DNA of 63,273 nucleotides, the filler included, from Olpidium bornovanus S191 (lineage: Eukaryota > Fungi > Olpidiomycota): the NCBI GenBank assembly GCA_017911155.1. It is 30 parts of 30 records of this genome, joined end to end, with 100 filler letters (N's around TTAATTAATTAA, not from the genome) between each part and the next. Parts side by side here need not be neighbours in the genome. Positions count along the whole stretch, not along the records: positions 45,152 to 46,221 come from JAEFCI010009503.1; positions 46,322 to 48,099 come from JAEFCI010007886.1; positions 48,200 to 49,818 come from JAEFCI010002481.1; positions 49,919 to 52,505 come from JAEFCI010007265.1; positions 52,606 to 54,580 come from JAEFCI010012345.1; positions 54,681 to 57,139 come from JAEFCI010008854.1; positions 57,240 to 58,569 come from JAEFCI010011573.1; 23 more parts are not named here. One strand, given 5' to 3'. Each line of letters begins with the position of its first letter. Position 1 is the stretch's first letter. The translations under genes were made by a program, and so were the position numbers. Shown in pieces: positions 45,824-57,256 of this stretch. The notes beneath the pieces are model-generated. The model was not told where the DNA came from and searched no databases. It saw only the letters and a program-made list of their open reading frames with translations.

Positions 45824-47430
45824 CTTACGCCGCTCTTCGCATCCTTGAGCTACGACGTTTCTGATTCCCTGCCTCTGCGGCAGTGGGTACGTAGGCAGCG
45901 CTTTGGAACTCATGCCGGGGTTCCGTTGCGTTCGGAACGGGCGCATACATCATGCAGGGATACCCCCCTCGTCTCGCAACCGATGTACCTGTGTCGGACA
46001 CCCGTCGTCCGCGGCTTTCTGTGCCTTTTGCATCGCGCGAACACGGCCCCGCCGACGACCAAGACGCCGCAGCGCAGGGCGCCGAAGAAGCCTTAGCCGC
46101 AAGCGAGGAATAGGAGAGCAGAGCGCGCTCAGGAATGCGCCGATCGACATTGTTTCGCTTCGGTTGCGCCTGTGGCAGAGACCCTCTCCCCGTCGCCGAC
46201 CTCAAGCCGTGCTCAGTGCCCNNNNNNNNNNNNNNNNNNNNNNNNNNNNNNNNNNNNNNNNNNNNTTAATTAATTAANNNNNNNNNNNNNNNNNNNNNNN
46301 NNNNNNNNNNNNNNNNNNNNNCCATGGGCCCGGCGGGACTGCTGGTCTATCACAAATGCAAAAATCCCCCGTAAAGGAGCTACGCTTTTGACGTGCACAC
46401 CAATAACTACGATTCTAGCGCCCCACTCTCCAGAACGCTGCGTGCCATTGGCAGACTGTTCGCGCAAACTCTGCCGAGCCAGCAAAAAGTCTCAAAAGTC
46501 CAAAAGAGTGCGACGTTTGATTAGTCGCCGGCAACGGCCTCCCTGGCGGCAGCTGAATCGGCAAAGGTTCTCCCATCTACACCTCGGATTCTCCCCTCTA
46601 CACCACCAGCACTACTCCGCGGTGCGAATCCCCACCACGCTCCTCAACTTGCAGTTTCCACTTAACTGAACTTTCGGACACTCTCCAACTCGCAAAAGTC
46701 TTCCAAGTGCACACTGTCCAAGTCGCATTTGCCCTTTTCCCCTTTTCTTTCTTCTCTTTTATTTTCTCCGGTTTTTATCCTTTTTTTCTTTTTTTCTCTT
46801 TCTTTTATTCCTTTTTTTTCTTGTTTTTTTTTTCCTCTTATTTTTCCTTCTAATAGAAATGAAGGAGGCAGCCAGTTTCGCGGCGGACTCGAACAACGTA
46901 ATTGAGAAAGAACGTAATTGAGAAAGGGACGAGGGGGAATGGGGCATATTCTGATCAATTAAAACGATAACGCGTTCGAGCAGGGAAAAAGCGTTCCATT
47001 TTTGGCTTTTTCTTATATTTTGCCTAGCGGTTCGGGAATAACACGACGTGGACGGGCCTTTAATGACGGTCGACGTGGGTATTCTGTGAGAGGGTGGGTG
47101 AGCGGAGGGCCAATGCGGGTCACGTGACGCGGTATGGGGCGTACCCGCCCAATGCGTTCGTGTCCTCGGCCCCCCCCCCTCCCATGCGCAGTGCATTTTT
47201 TTTTTTTTCTTTCTCTCTCGCCCGCTCTCTTTTTTTTGGCGCGCCTTTTTCGTCGTTTTCGTCCTGCATGCGCGCCAGAATCTCAGAGCAAAAAAGCGAA
47301 AAAAAAGAAGGGGGGGGGGGGGGGAGGGGGAAAAAAAAAAAAAAAAAAAAAAAAAAGAAAAAAAAGGCTTGGTGAGCGAGGGCGAGAAAATCGGCAGATG
47401 ACCGGATAAGCGTCGGGGCTGGCCGCGTAC

Positions 47431-48005
47431 AGCATCAATGGCCTTCAACTGGTTGAAGCTGAGGTCAATCCAGGATAGTCGTTTCGGGTCTTTGATCACC
47501 TTGGAAACAGCGTCGACAAAGCCTTCCAGGCTGGCCATCCTGTTATTGCACAGACGGAGGGCCGTGCACATCCGCCTTTGCTGCGCCTTCACCTCTACGA
47601 ACTGTAGACGAAAAAATTGAGGACGAAATCTGGTTGTCATACGAGAGCTTCGCCAGGATCATGCCGGTGTGTGTACGGAGGAACAAATAAAAAGCTCTGC
47701 AGCAGTTCCCGGCTATTCCGGGACAAACGTGCCTTTCCGTCTGCGCCGAGGACTTTCTCTTCCCTCGCCGTGCTCAGGTCCTTCGTCTTCGTCCCGGATC
47801 TCGGTTCCTCATCAATAATTGCTGGTGCGCGGGCAGTTCCCGCGTCAGCTGAAGATGCCCTAAAAACATCCTACAGACAGGTTTGGCACACGTTCTGTAA
47901 CAGAAATTTCCCGTCGATTTCAGACCAGTTACGTCAACGATCTCCTTGAATGAAAAGTCGAGGGGATCGGCAGGGATCTCTGCCCATTGCTCGTGGATCT
48001 TCCCC
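47431..48005 (-). CDS. LRRC51: Leucine-rich repeat protein 51 (ciliary), N-terminal exons
   Basis: PLDFSFKEIVDVT|AIIDEEPRSG..|..CTALRLCNNRMASLEGF..LSWIDLSFNQLKAIDA. Confidence 0.85.
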
Positions 48006-48912
48006 TTGACCTGGCGTTGTCAGCGAACAACGAAGCAACGCAGCGATCAGCGTCGGTCTCCCCCCGCCCGTCGTGGTCGACTCGCGTCGGTCACCATGAN
48101 NNNNNNNNNNNNNNNNNNNNNNNNNNNNNNNNNNNNNNNNNNNTTAATTAATTAANNNNNNNNNNNNNNNNNNNNNNNNNNNNNNNNNNNNNNNNNNNNA
48201 GAGGAATACAATGTTTAAACCTTGCCGCAGTACACAAGTGTTCTTGAGCGTTCATATGTTTGGGCAGGCATCAAGTGCTCATAATTTCCTGTCGCAGATT
48301 CTGGGGTACAGCAAAGCATGCAGCTCGTCACCAATGTGACTACTCGTACAAGGGCCTATGTGCACGTGTTCTGCAGATCCTCACGGAGATCCCACTGGCC
48401 CAAATCCGTTGATTCAGCTGCAAGGCATGGAGGTACATTGAGGCATACGCAAGCGGCCTTGATGTCTTTGAGGCAGAGGCGACAGAGAAGAGGAGGAGGG
48501 CTGATAAAAAGTACAAATCGCCCCGGCGCATTGGCCTTAACGAGTAACTAGCAGCTCTATAGAGTCCCTTATGGTGTAAGGAAGAAAGCAAGCCATCCCC
48601 CCCCAAAAAATTCCGTCGAGGTCCATTCAGGGAATTTTTGGCGTGTCAATTTCGGTCCTGGCCCATACAAAATCGGACGTTGGTCGCCATCTTTGAGCAA
48701 TCCCAATTCCGTTCACCAGTTCCTGTAGAGGAGGCCCAAATGAACAGAAACTGGCGAAAAATTTGGACCTACTTTGTGTTTCCACGGAGGAGATGCAGTT
48801 GGCATTTGGGTCTGAAATTTGTGAGTCTAGGCTGGTCGCACCATACGTCCGCCCGCCCTCCCCCCCCCCACCCCCACCGCTCGCTTCCGCCCACACACCG
48901 TGCACACACCGC

Positions 48913-49107
48913 TGTGGGATGGTTTGGGCCGCTGGTAGTCCCAGCTGGCCCTCCCGTATTACCTCTTGTTAAATTTGACGTTATTCTTCCCTTACTTCCC
49001 TTGCGCTCTTCCCTTGATCGGAACCCCTTAATCTTCCGTTGTACTATAACGCGTAAACTCTCTTAATAAACCCGTCCCCACGGACGGCGAAACACGTAAT
49101 TCCCACA
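48913..49107 (+). mobile_element. 5' LTR (195 bp) of a copia-type element
   Basis: Begins TGTGGGA, ends TCCCACA (inverted termini), contains AATAAA and is followed directly by a PBS. Confidence 0.88.
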
Positions 49108-49119
49108 GGTTATGAGCCC
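49108..49119 (+). promoter_or_regulatory. Primer-binding site complementary to the tRNA-iMet anticodon-arm fragment
   Basis: GGTTATGAGCCC directly after the LTR-terminal CA. Identical to 33180-33169. Confidence 0.88.
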
Positions 49120-49233
49120 AACGGGACTCTGACGGCCGGCACCGCAGCCCACTTGACGCTTCTCGCCTCTCCGGCACCGTTGCCGCCTGGCAGAGCTCCG
49201 CCGTCCAGCTTCGCCGCTCTCCGCCGCAGAGCC

Positions 49234-49310
49234 CGTCCCGCAGCGCCGCCCTTTGCTCCCGCAGCGCCGCCCTTTGCTCCCGCAGCGCCGCCCTTTGCTC
49301 CCGCAGCGCC
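49234..49310 (+). repeat. 21-bp tandem repeat in the LTR-element leader
   Basis: cgcagcgccgccctttgctcc x3 plus a partial. gggactctgacggc is also duplicated (~49123, ~49494). Confidence 0.9.
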
Positions 49311-50139
49311 GCGCTCTGGCCGCCGCCGCCCCTCTCCGCCTCTCTCACTTCGGCGAACCGGAGACCCGCCGCCCTTCGCGGCCGCCGCCGCCGCTGCGCT
49401 TCGCCGCCGCTGCGCTTCGCCGCCGCCGTCCTGCGTTCGCCGTCGCAGCCCACACTCAGCTGCGGCGCCGGTTCCATCCTCCGCGCTCGGACCGGGACTC
49501 TGACGGCTCCTCCGCCGCCGTCCTGCGTTCGCCGTCGTAGCAGATGTGTTTGCTGTCAGTCGCAGCCAACAGCAACGCCGCCCCCCCCCTACCCCCTGTT
49601 CAGCTTGTACCGTAGAACTCGGAGGAGAATCCAAAAGGGAGCAGGAGTACGCGGAAGGGAAGCCGAGAGGCAGGAATCATGTATTTTTTGTAATCTAGCT
49701 ATTGCCATCAGGTCCTTTTTATACTGCAGGGTAATAGTAAACTTACAGGGGTGAACAAGGGGCAGATGCGCACGGTGTAGCTGCGCCTCCCCCTTTATTC
49801 TATTCTACCCCTTTATTCNNNNNNNNNNNNNNNNNNNNNNNNNNNNNNNNNNNNNNNNNNNNTTAATTAATTAANNNNNNNNNNNNNNNNNNNNNNNNNN
49901 NNNNNNNNNNNNNNNNNNGGGTGGTAAACATCGCAAGACGGCAAACAAAGAATGTACATGCTAAATAACTATCACACAACCTAGGGGGATTTCAAATGAT
50001 TTTCTAAAATACTGGAGAAAAAAGAGGGGAAAATGCGCGCTAACTGTTTGAGAAATAAAGAAGGTCCAGGAAAAAAAAAAGGAAAAGAAAAAAGAAAGGC
50101 AACGGGAACGGCGGTGAACAAGTTGAAAAGGGTGAGCTC

Positions 50140-51918
50140 TCATATTCTGGCCATCTCGCGGCCTCCGCTTGCGTCTTCCTCGTGCACCGGCCGTGTCCGC
50201 CCCGTCGCGATCCGGTACACGGCAGCCTTGGACGCCTCCCGGAACCTTTCCAGGGCGCTCCGCTGCTGCAGAGGCGTGTCGCGCCAATAATTGGTAGGGT
50301 ACCGTGGCCGGTTAATGTACTCGACCGTGGTCATGTTCATGAACCCTGAAGTTGGCAACCAAGAAAAAACAGGAGCATAGGAAAAAAAAAGTTAAATAGG
50401 CCTGATCCGGCGCGTCAGCGTGGATCAAGGCGGAAGCGAGGCGAAGCGCGGAAATAAAGCACGTACACAGGCGACAGTGGAACGCCTGGAGGTTCACAAA
50501 GGCGACGACGGCGGATGCGCAGATGATTAACGAAAGCAGCGTAAAAGTGAACGCGACGTGTGGCGCAATGGATGCGTTAAACTGTGGCAGGGCGTACGTG
50601 GCTGTCGCAATAACGAAAATACGATGAGCTGGATTCCCTTGTTGGGAAAAAAAAGTGTTGTGTAATGGACAACACCGGGCCTCACCGCTTCACCCCACTT
50701 ACCAAATATAAGATATCCTTGGACGTCTGTAGCGTACAACACAACGCTCCAGAGCGCCCAGCTCGAGTAGTGCAGCGAGAGGAGAACCGCGGAAAGTACT
50801 AGGACGACAAATGACCTGAGCGTGACGACGACAACAAAAGTTACAAACGGCTGGCCCGAGTTCCGCAAGCCACGCGCAAACCGAACTATAGGCTCGAACC
50901 GGTTACCTGTAGTTCTCTTCTCCAACGCACGTGTTCAGGAACTTGCAGTGGTGGTCGAGGCCGCGGATGCACTTGTTGCACGTCTTGCAATGCCGCGTGC
51001 CCTCGTCGACGCAGAGGTTACAGATGTAGCAGCTTCTTGCCACCCGGCACCCCGGCCGGCCGGGACCGCCCTGCCCGTTGTCGTCGATGACGACTTCGTC
51101 CACGACGGGGACACCCAAGCGGCGGACAAACTCGAGGTCGCGCGGCACGTTCGCCGCCTTGACCTTGTAGTCCATGGTGTCGATCAGGGACGACCGCACG
51201 GAAAACACGACGATGACGAGGGTGAACACGGCCGGCACGACCAGGGCCGGGACGAGGGTCGACTGGCCGAGGTCCTCCCCGGGGGGCCGGGTTGCGACGG
51301 GAAGATGCACGAGGACGGCGAAGTACAGGGCGGTTTGGACGGCCAGGGCCGCCCACTGGAGGAAGAACAGGACGTTGTACGGCGGGTGGAACCCGTGGCG
51401 CCGGTACCACGCGTTGTGCCGGCTGATCTTCGTCGGGCGGCCCGCTTTCTCGCCGAATCCCGGCCGGTCCAGCGTCCCCGTCGAATTGATCTCCATGAAC
51501 GACTCCGCCACCGCCGCCGCCGACGACGACGACCGCGTCCGCCGCGGGCGACGCGGCGGGCGCGCCAGCGCCGGTATGGTCGTCGTGTCGACGCCGCACG
51601 CCGAGGCGAACGCGTACGGCGGCGCGGTCATGGCGGGCGGCGCCGGGGCGGAGACTGACGACACGCCGGAGGCGTGGGTAGCGAAGCCGCCTTCCCCGGC
51701 GCCGGGGGTCCCGCAAGCCGCCGCCAGCCCCTTCTGGAGCCGCCCGGGGGAGCTTACCGCGCTGCCGCCGTCTGCCGCCGGCGACCGCCGGGGCGTGAGA
51801 TGGGGCGCAGGCGAAAAGCGGCCTTCCTCCGGAGGCGGCGCCTGCGTGTCCGGGGTGGATGTGTTCCTCGCCCGCGGTGAAGCGTCTTGGCGGCCGGACT
51901 TGGCGACGCCAAGGTCAA

Positions 51919-51949
<31 letters not shown>

Positions 51950-52309
51950 GTTTCCCGCCGTTCCGCGGGCCCCTGGGCCGAGCCGGGAGGGTTCGCCTGT
52001 GCCGAAGGCCGGCAGCGACCGCGCCGCGCTTCCTGCCGCCCCGCGCTCCGGCGTGGCGGGGCAGGCGGACTGGCCGGCGCCGACGGTCGGCGGCAGCCCG
52101 GCGATCACGTCCGCGGGCGCCGCCCCGCAGGCGGCGGGGCCGGGCGACGGCCCGGCGGCGGCGAAGGAGGGCGGCAGCTCCTGCCCGCTCGCTTGCGCCA
52201 AACGGATGCCGGCCGGCGCGGCGAAGCGGCCGCCTCCGGCTGCGTCAGCCAGCCTCGAGTCTGACGGCGAGTTTGAGTTCGATTGACGGGGGCTGTTGGA
52301 CATTTTCAT
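50140..52309 (-). CDS. DHHC palmitoyltransferase (ZDHHC1/11-like) with long disordered N-terminus
   Basis: [53 protein letters not shown] exons, and last exon NMTTVEYI (TTxE motif). Confidence 0.93.
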
Positions 52310-52385
52310 TCTTTTTTTTTTTCCCCCGTCTCGTCTACTGTTTGTTCTGGACGACGGCCGCCCGCTGAAGGGGGGGGGGGGAGGG

Positions 52386-52503
<118 letters not shown>

Positions 52504-52605
52504 GANNNNNNNNNNNNNNNNNNNNNNNNNNNNNNNNNNNNNNNNNNNNTTAATTAATTAANNNNNNNNNNNNNNNNNNNNNNNNNNNNNNNNNNNNNNN
52601 NNNNN

Positions 52606-53693
52606 AGGCGCCGGGCCGGCCACTCGGCCGTCGTATTCGAAGACCGCATTCTAGTTTTTGGTGGTAATGACGAAGAGCACTGCTTCAATGACTTGTGGTA
52701 CTACAATCCCGCAGACAACACATGGCGCGGGACGAGAGCGAGAAGCGGGAGGAGGAGCTGGCAGCGCTGCTGGAGACCGCACAAGCGGAGAACGCTAGTC
52801 TGGAGGAGTCGCTTAAGGGAGAACTCAACGCTGCCCGGGCCGACGAGGCGAAGTTGCGAGAGGAACACGCCGCAGCCTTGGACGTTGCCTTTCGCCTCGA
52901 CAAAGAGTTGGCCGAGAAGGAGGCGTTGCGGAAGGAGCTTGACGACTCGCGCGCAGTGGTGCAGAACCTGCGCGACCAAGCTGCGGCCGCGACGGACAAA
53001 GCCAACGGTCTTACCGAAGAAGTCGACAGGCTGTCCGAACGCGCGAAATCCCTGCAGGCAGATTTAGACAAACTGACCGAGCAGGAAATAGCGTCGCGAG
53101 CAGAGGTTGAAAAGCTTACCGAAGAGGCCAAGGTGGCTCAAGTCGCGGCCAGGGAGCTCGAAGCAGCAAAGAAAGAGTTGGAGAGCCTGCAGGAGACCAT
53201 CGCGCGATTGGAGGCGGAAATGAAGGAAAAGGAGAAAGGACAGGACGAGCGCGTCAAGCTGGAGGAGGAGCTCCAGCAGCTGGAGGAGGAGCACCAGGAG
53301 GCACTTAGCGTGGTGGACCAGCTGAGCCAGGAGCTGAAGAACGCGGTCGCTCAAAAGGACCGCGGCATCAAGGCGATGGAGCAGGTCGGCGAGGCCCTCA
53401 AGCGGGCGGAGGCCGCGGAGGAGGAGGCAAAGGTGCTGAAAACGCGGATGGAGCTCGACGCGGAGACGGTAGCCGAACTCCGGGCGGCGCTGGCCGACAA
53501 CAAGTATCAGCTCGAGATGGCCGAGAAGGAGCGCGACGCGGCGCGCTCCCAGGTGGAAGAATTGTCTGGCGCGGCACAGGAAGCCGCACACGGTCGCGAG
53601 GCTCTGAAGTCGAAGCTCGCCCAGCTTCAAACCCGGCTTATCGAAGTGCGCCAGAAGGAAGAGACGATTGGAGCCAAAACGGACGCACAATAA
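52606..53693 (+). CDS. Kelch repeat followed out of frame by a ~320-aa coiled coil (Kel1/Tea1-like, possibly chimeric)
   Basis: RRAGHSAVVFEDRILVFGGNDEEHCFNDLWYYNPADNTW (52606-52725), then a heptad-rich ORF to TAA 53693 in another frame. Confidence 0.7.
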
Positions 53694-54517
53694 AGCGAGA
53701 CGAGACGGCGGACCGCGAGGCGACCCCATCCTCCTCTCTTCCCCCTGCTGTACAACGAACCCCCATAAACACGTTTTTGTTTATATTTTTTTTTTCGGGC
53801 CAAGCATCCTTCTCTTAAAACAACAAGCAAAACGCAGCAAGGCTTGATCGTTTTTTTTTTCTTTCTTTTTTTTTGCCTCGTTTTACTGTTCTTTATAATC
53901 TAGCCCGTGCGCATTACACACCCCGTTTTCCCCTCGTCGCTGCCGATGGTCTTTGGCGTGCAAATTCGCGAAATCAAAACTAAAAGCCGCTCATTTTGCG
54001 ACCCAAACTTTTTTCTTTTTTTACCGTGAAGGGGTGTGAAGTGTTATTATTCGCTCTGCTCTTCTTCCCGTCCTCCTTTTTCTCTCCTTTCCTTTGTTTG
54101 CGTTCGAGGGGTCGGAGAAGCTCGGAGAGCTCCCCTCCCGGTCGGTGGCATCTTTAATGGTCACGTGACCCTGAGAGCGCATGTACAAGGTCACAACATG
54201 AAGCTTTTTATTTTTTTAATTTTTTTTTGTTTTTTTTTGATTTGGGATAACGAGGGTTTCGGGTGATAAAGTTTTGTAGAGTGGAAAAAGGGGAGGGAGG
54301 ATCGCCTTCATGTAGACCTGGAGTTTCGAGACCGCCCCTCCACACTCCACACCCCCCCCCTCCCTCCGTCCCACGTGCGCACGCGGATCGTAGGACGCTG
54401 TTCCCTGGACAATCGGGCAGGAGCCGCTGCAGCGCAAGAGAAGCGCGGCCCATGCCAACGGGACAGGGCGTGAGAGTGGGTGACCCGCGCAAAGACGGCT
54501 TCCCAACAACAACAAAA

Positions 54518-54550
<33 letters not shown>

Positions 54551-54680
54551 CCCAAAAACCCCCCCCCCCCCACCAAAAAANNNNNNNNNNNNNNNNNNNN
54601 NNNNNNNNNNNNNNNNNNNNNNNNTTAATTAATTAANNNNNNNNNNNNNNNNNNNNNNNNNNNNNNNNNNNNNNNNNNNN

Positions 54681-54758
54681 GAGAAAAATTTGTTTGTAGG
54701 CAAAACGAGAAAAATTTGTTTGTAGGCAAAACGAGAAAAATTTGTTTGGAGGCAAAAC
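54681..54758. repeat. 26-bp tandem repeat x3, truncated by the gap
   Basis: gagaaaaatttgtttg(t/g)aggcaaaac at 54681, 54707, 54733. Confidence 0.97.
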
Positions 54759-54767
54759 AAAAAAAAA
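54759..54767 (-). terminator. Pol III-type oligo-T terminator downstream of the tRNA
   Basis: T9 run on the minus strand starting 9 nt after the discriminator base. Confidence 0.7.
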
Positions 54768-54775
54768 TTGATTCG

Positions 54776-54849
54776 TGAGCGATGGAGGACTTGAACCTCC
54801 GCCCCCCTGGTTCGTAGCCAGATGCTCTGTCCAACTGAGCTAAACGCCC
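54776..54849 (-). tRNA. trnR-ACG: tRNA-Arg(ACG), intronless, no encoded CCA
   Basis: GGGCGTT TA GCTC AGTTGGACA GAGC A TCTGG CTACGAA CCAGG GGGGC GGAGG TTCAAGT CCTCC ATCGCTC A: full 74-nt cloverleaf with one U.U mismatch in the acceptor stem; A and B boxes intact. Confidence 0.93.
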
Positions 54850-55775
54850 GCAAATTGCCGAACGTCAAAACCAGCCGACAATTTTATAACAGGCGCTGTC
54901 CGGGGCTTGAAAAGAGCGTGAATGGGTGATTCAGGCCCGCCAAGATCCAAAAAAAAATCGGGAAAAGCTCCAGGGGTTGTCCGCGCCGCAGGAAGGGGGG
55001 GGGAGGAAGGGAAGGGCAATCCCGATGGACGTACTGCGGGGCGCTTTGAGCCGGCGTCATGTGAGACAGGTTTCAGGAATGGGGAAGGGCGCGGCCGTGG
55101 AAGCCGGCCGCGTGTGACCACCGCGGAAGAGCGCGAGAGGCCTGCCGTAACCATTTTCCGCGCGCGACTTGTGTAAAAACGTGGCGATCCTCATTGGTCG
55201 GCATATTGTTTGCGGACCGTCGTTTCACTCCCTCCCTCCCCTCCCCCTCCCCCCACCTCCCCACCCCATTCCGTCTCTAAAAAAAGGAGCGTTGCGCGTC
55301 GGGTTGCCGAAACCAATTTGGCCGACCGCACTGCGCAAACGGGCGACCTCGCGGTGGCAACTTTGTCCGTTACATTGGCGTTTTTTTTTTTTTGAGAACA
55401 GCGGGGCATGCGACAAAAATTCCGCAAAAATACATCGGCCCACGAAGTCCCCGTTTTTGTCCCACGGCATCCGTACGGAGCCGTACGGGCCCCCTGTGAG
55501 AAACCGTTTTGTGCGCGGATAAGGCCGCCTGGCATTCGAATGTTTGGATTAATGCACTATTGCGTAATGCCACCCGCGTCGTGGCCCTGTGCACCTTGGC
55601 CCCCCTTCCCCTCCCGTTCTTTCCCGACCCAACGGGCCCTATTATAACCCCTCCCCCCTACCTCTTCTCCGGTCCGCGCCTCCGGCCCGGCTGTTTGGTG
55701 CGGAGCCAAGTTTGCTGCGTCTGCGGTTTCGGAAAAAAAAAAAAAAGAAAAAAAAGAAAGAGCGTTCTCCCCAAA

Positions 55776-57139
55776 ATGCCTGTTGCTGCTCCGTCGACGT
55801 CCGCGGCCGCCGCATTTCACGTGCTGAGGAGCAGGATTCCCGGGAGCGGGGCCTCGTGGGGCACTGCCGCCTCCGCCGCCGCCCGCGCCGCCGCCGCGGC
55901 CGTGTCACCCGTGGCGGAGGGTCGCGTCGGCGGCGGCGTTTTAAGCGGGTGCGGCGGCGCACTCCGCAGCAGTTCGGCCTCGCCGTCGTCGGAACGCCGT
56001 TGCTTCTCGGCTTTGGCAGGGGCGCGGTACGCCAGAGAGGGCGACCCGCAGCGTGCGAGGGGCATGGGCCCCGTCCGCGGGCAAGACCCCGCCGATCAGA
56101 GCCTTCCGGTGCAGACGGTGGAAACTATTGTGTCGCCATCCGGAGGTGCGTTGCGCCTTGTGCCACCGCACACGGACTTCCCGACCTTAAAACCGTGCAC
56201 AGGGAAGGGGGGCAACGGCGGGGACCGGGGGGGGGGGGGGAGGGGGGGGGGGGGGGGGGGGGGGGGGGATGAGGTTTCGTGCCGCCCTGCCCGGCGTCGC
56301 CTGGAAAAAATCACCGGTCGGCCGTTTTTTTATTTTTTTTGTCTCTTCCCGCGTTTCTATCGGCGCTCGGCGCTTCTATCCGCGCAGATTCGCACGGTTT
56401 TACCGAGAAGGTGATCGAGGCACCTAATCGCCCGATTTACCTCGACATGCAGGCGACGACTCCAACGGACCCGCGGGTGGTCGACGCGATGCTGCCGTTC
56501 ATGTCGCAGTTCTTCGGGAACCCGCACTCGCGGACGCACCAGTACGGCTGGGAGGCGGAGAAGGCGGTGGAGGAAGCCAGAAAGGTAAGCTTGGTCTACC
56601 AGTGTCCTCGCGTCACCCCTCACGCACTGTCCGCATTGCAGCGTTTTTGGGCCTGAGTCACAAAGGCGAAACGCCGCGTTAAAAACGCCGATAACCAGTA
56701 AAGCTGCGTTTTCCCCGGACTGCTCGGACCGCCACAGCATGTCGCCGCGCTCATAAACGCGGACCCCAAGGAGATCGTGTTTACATCTGGTGCGACCGAG
56801 TCGAATAATATGAGCATCAAAGGCGTCGCCCGGTTCTACAGTGGGAAAAAGAACCACATAGTTACGACCCAGACCGAACATAAGTGTGTGCTGGACTCGT
56901 GCCGCGTCCTGCAGGAGGAAGGTTTCCAAGTGACCTACCTGCCGGTGAACTCCAAGGGCATCGTGAGCCTAGACGACGTGCGGGCGGCGATCCAACCGGA
57001 GACTGCGCTGGTGTCGATCATGACGGTGAATAACGAGATTGGGGTCATTCAGCCCATCGAGCAGATTGGCGCGATTTGCCGGGAGAAGAAAGTCTTCTTC
57101 CACACCGACGCCGCTCAGGCGTTCGGGAAAATGCCGCTC
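55776..57139 (+). CDS. NFS1: Mitochondrial cysteine desulfurase, N-terminal half
   Basis: Presequence-like N-terminus; [32 protein letters not shown]; [13 protein letters not shown]; TEHKCVLDS; NNEIGVIQP; HTDAAQA. Confidence 0.97.
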
Positions 57140-57256
57140 NNNNNNNNNNNNNNNNNNNNNNNNNNNNNNNNNNNNNNNNNNNNTTAATTAATTAANNNNN
57201 NNNNNNNNNNNNNNNNNNNNNNNNNNNNNNNNNNNNNNNAGGAAAGGCACCGGTAT

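Noticed and set aside
46905-46937. aacgtaattgagaaag direct duplication
   Set aside because: A simple two-copy slippage in intronic DNA with no further structure.
54681-54758. CRISPR-like array (also considered for the 36-bp and 72-bp repeats)
   Set aside because: Units are head-to-tail with no unique spacers, there are no cas genes, and the context is eukaryotic.
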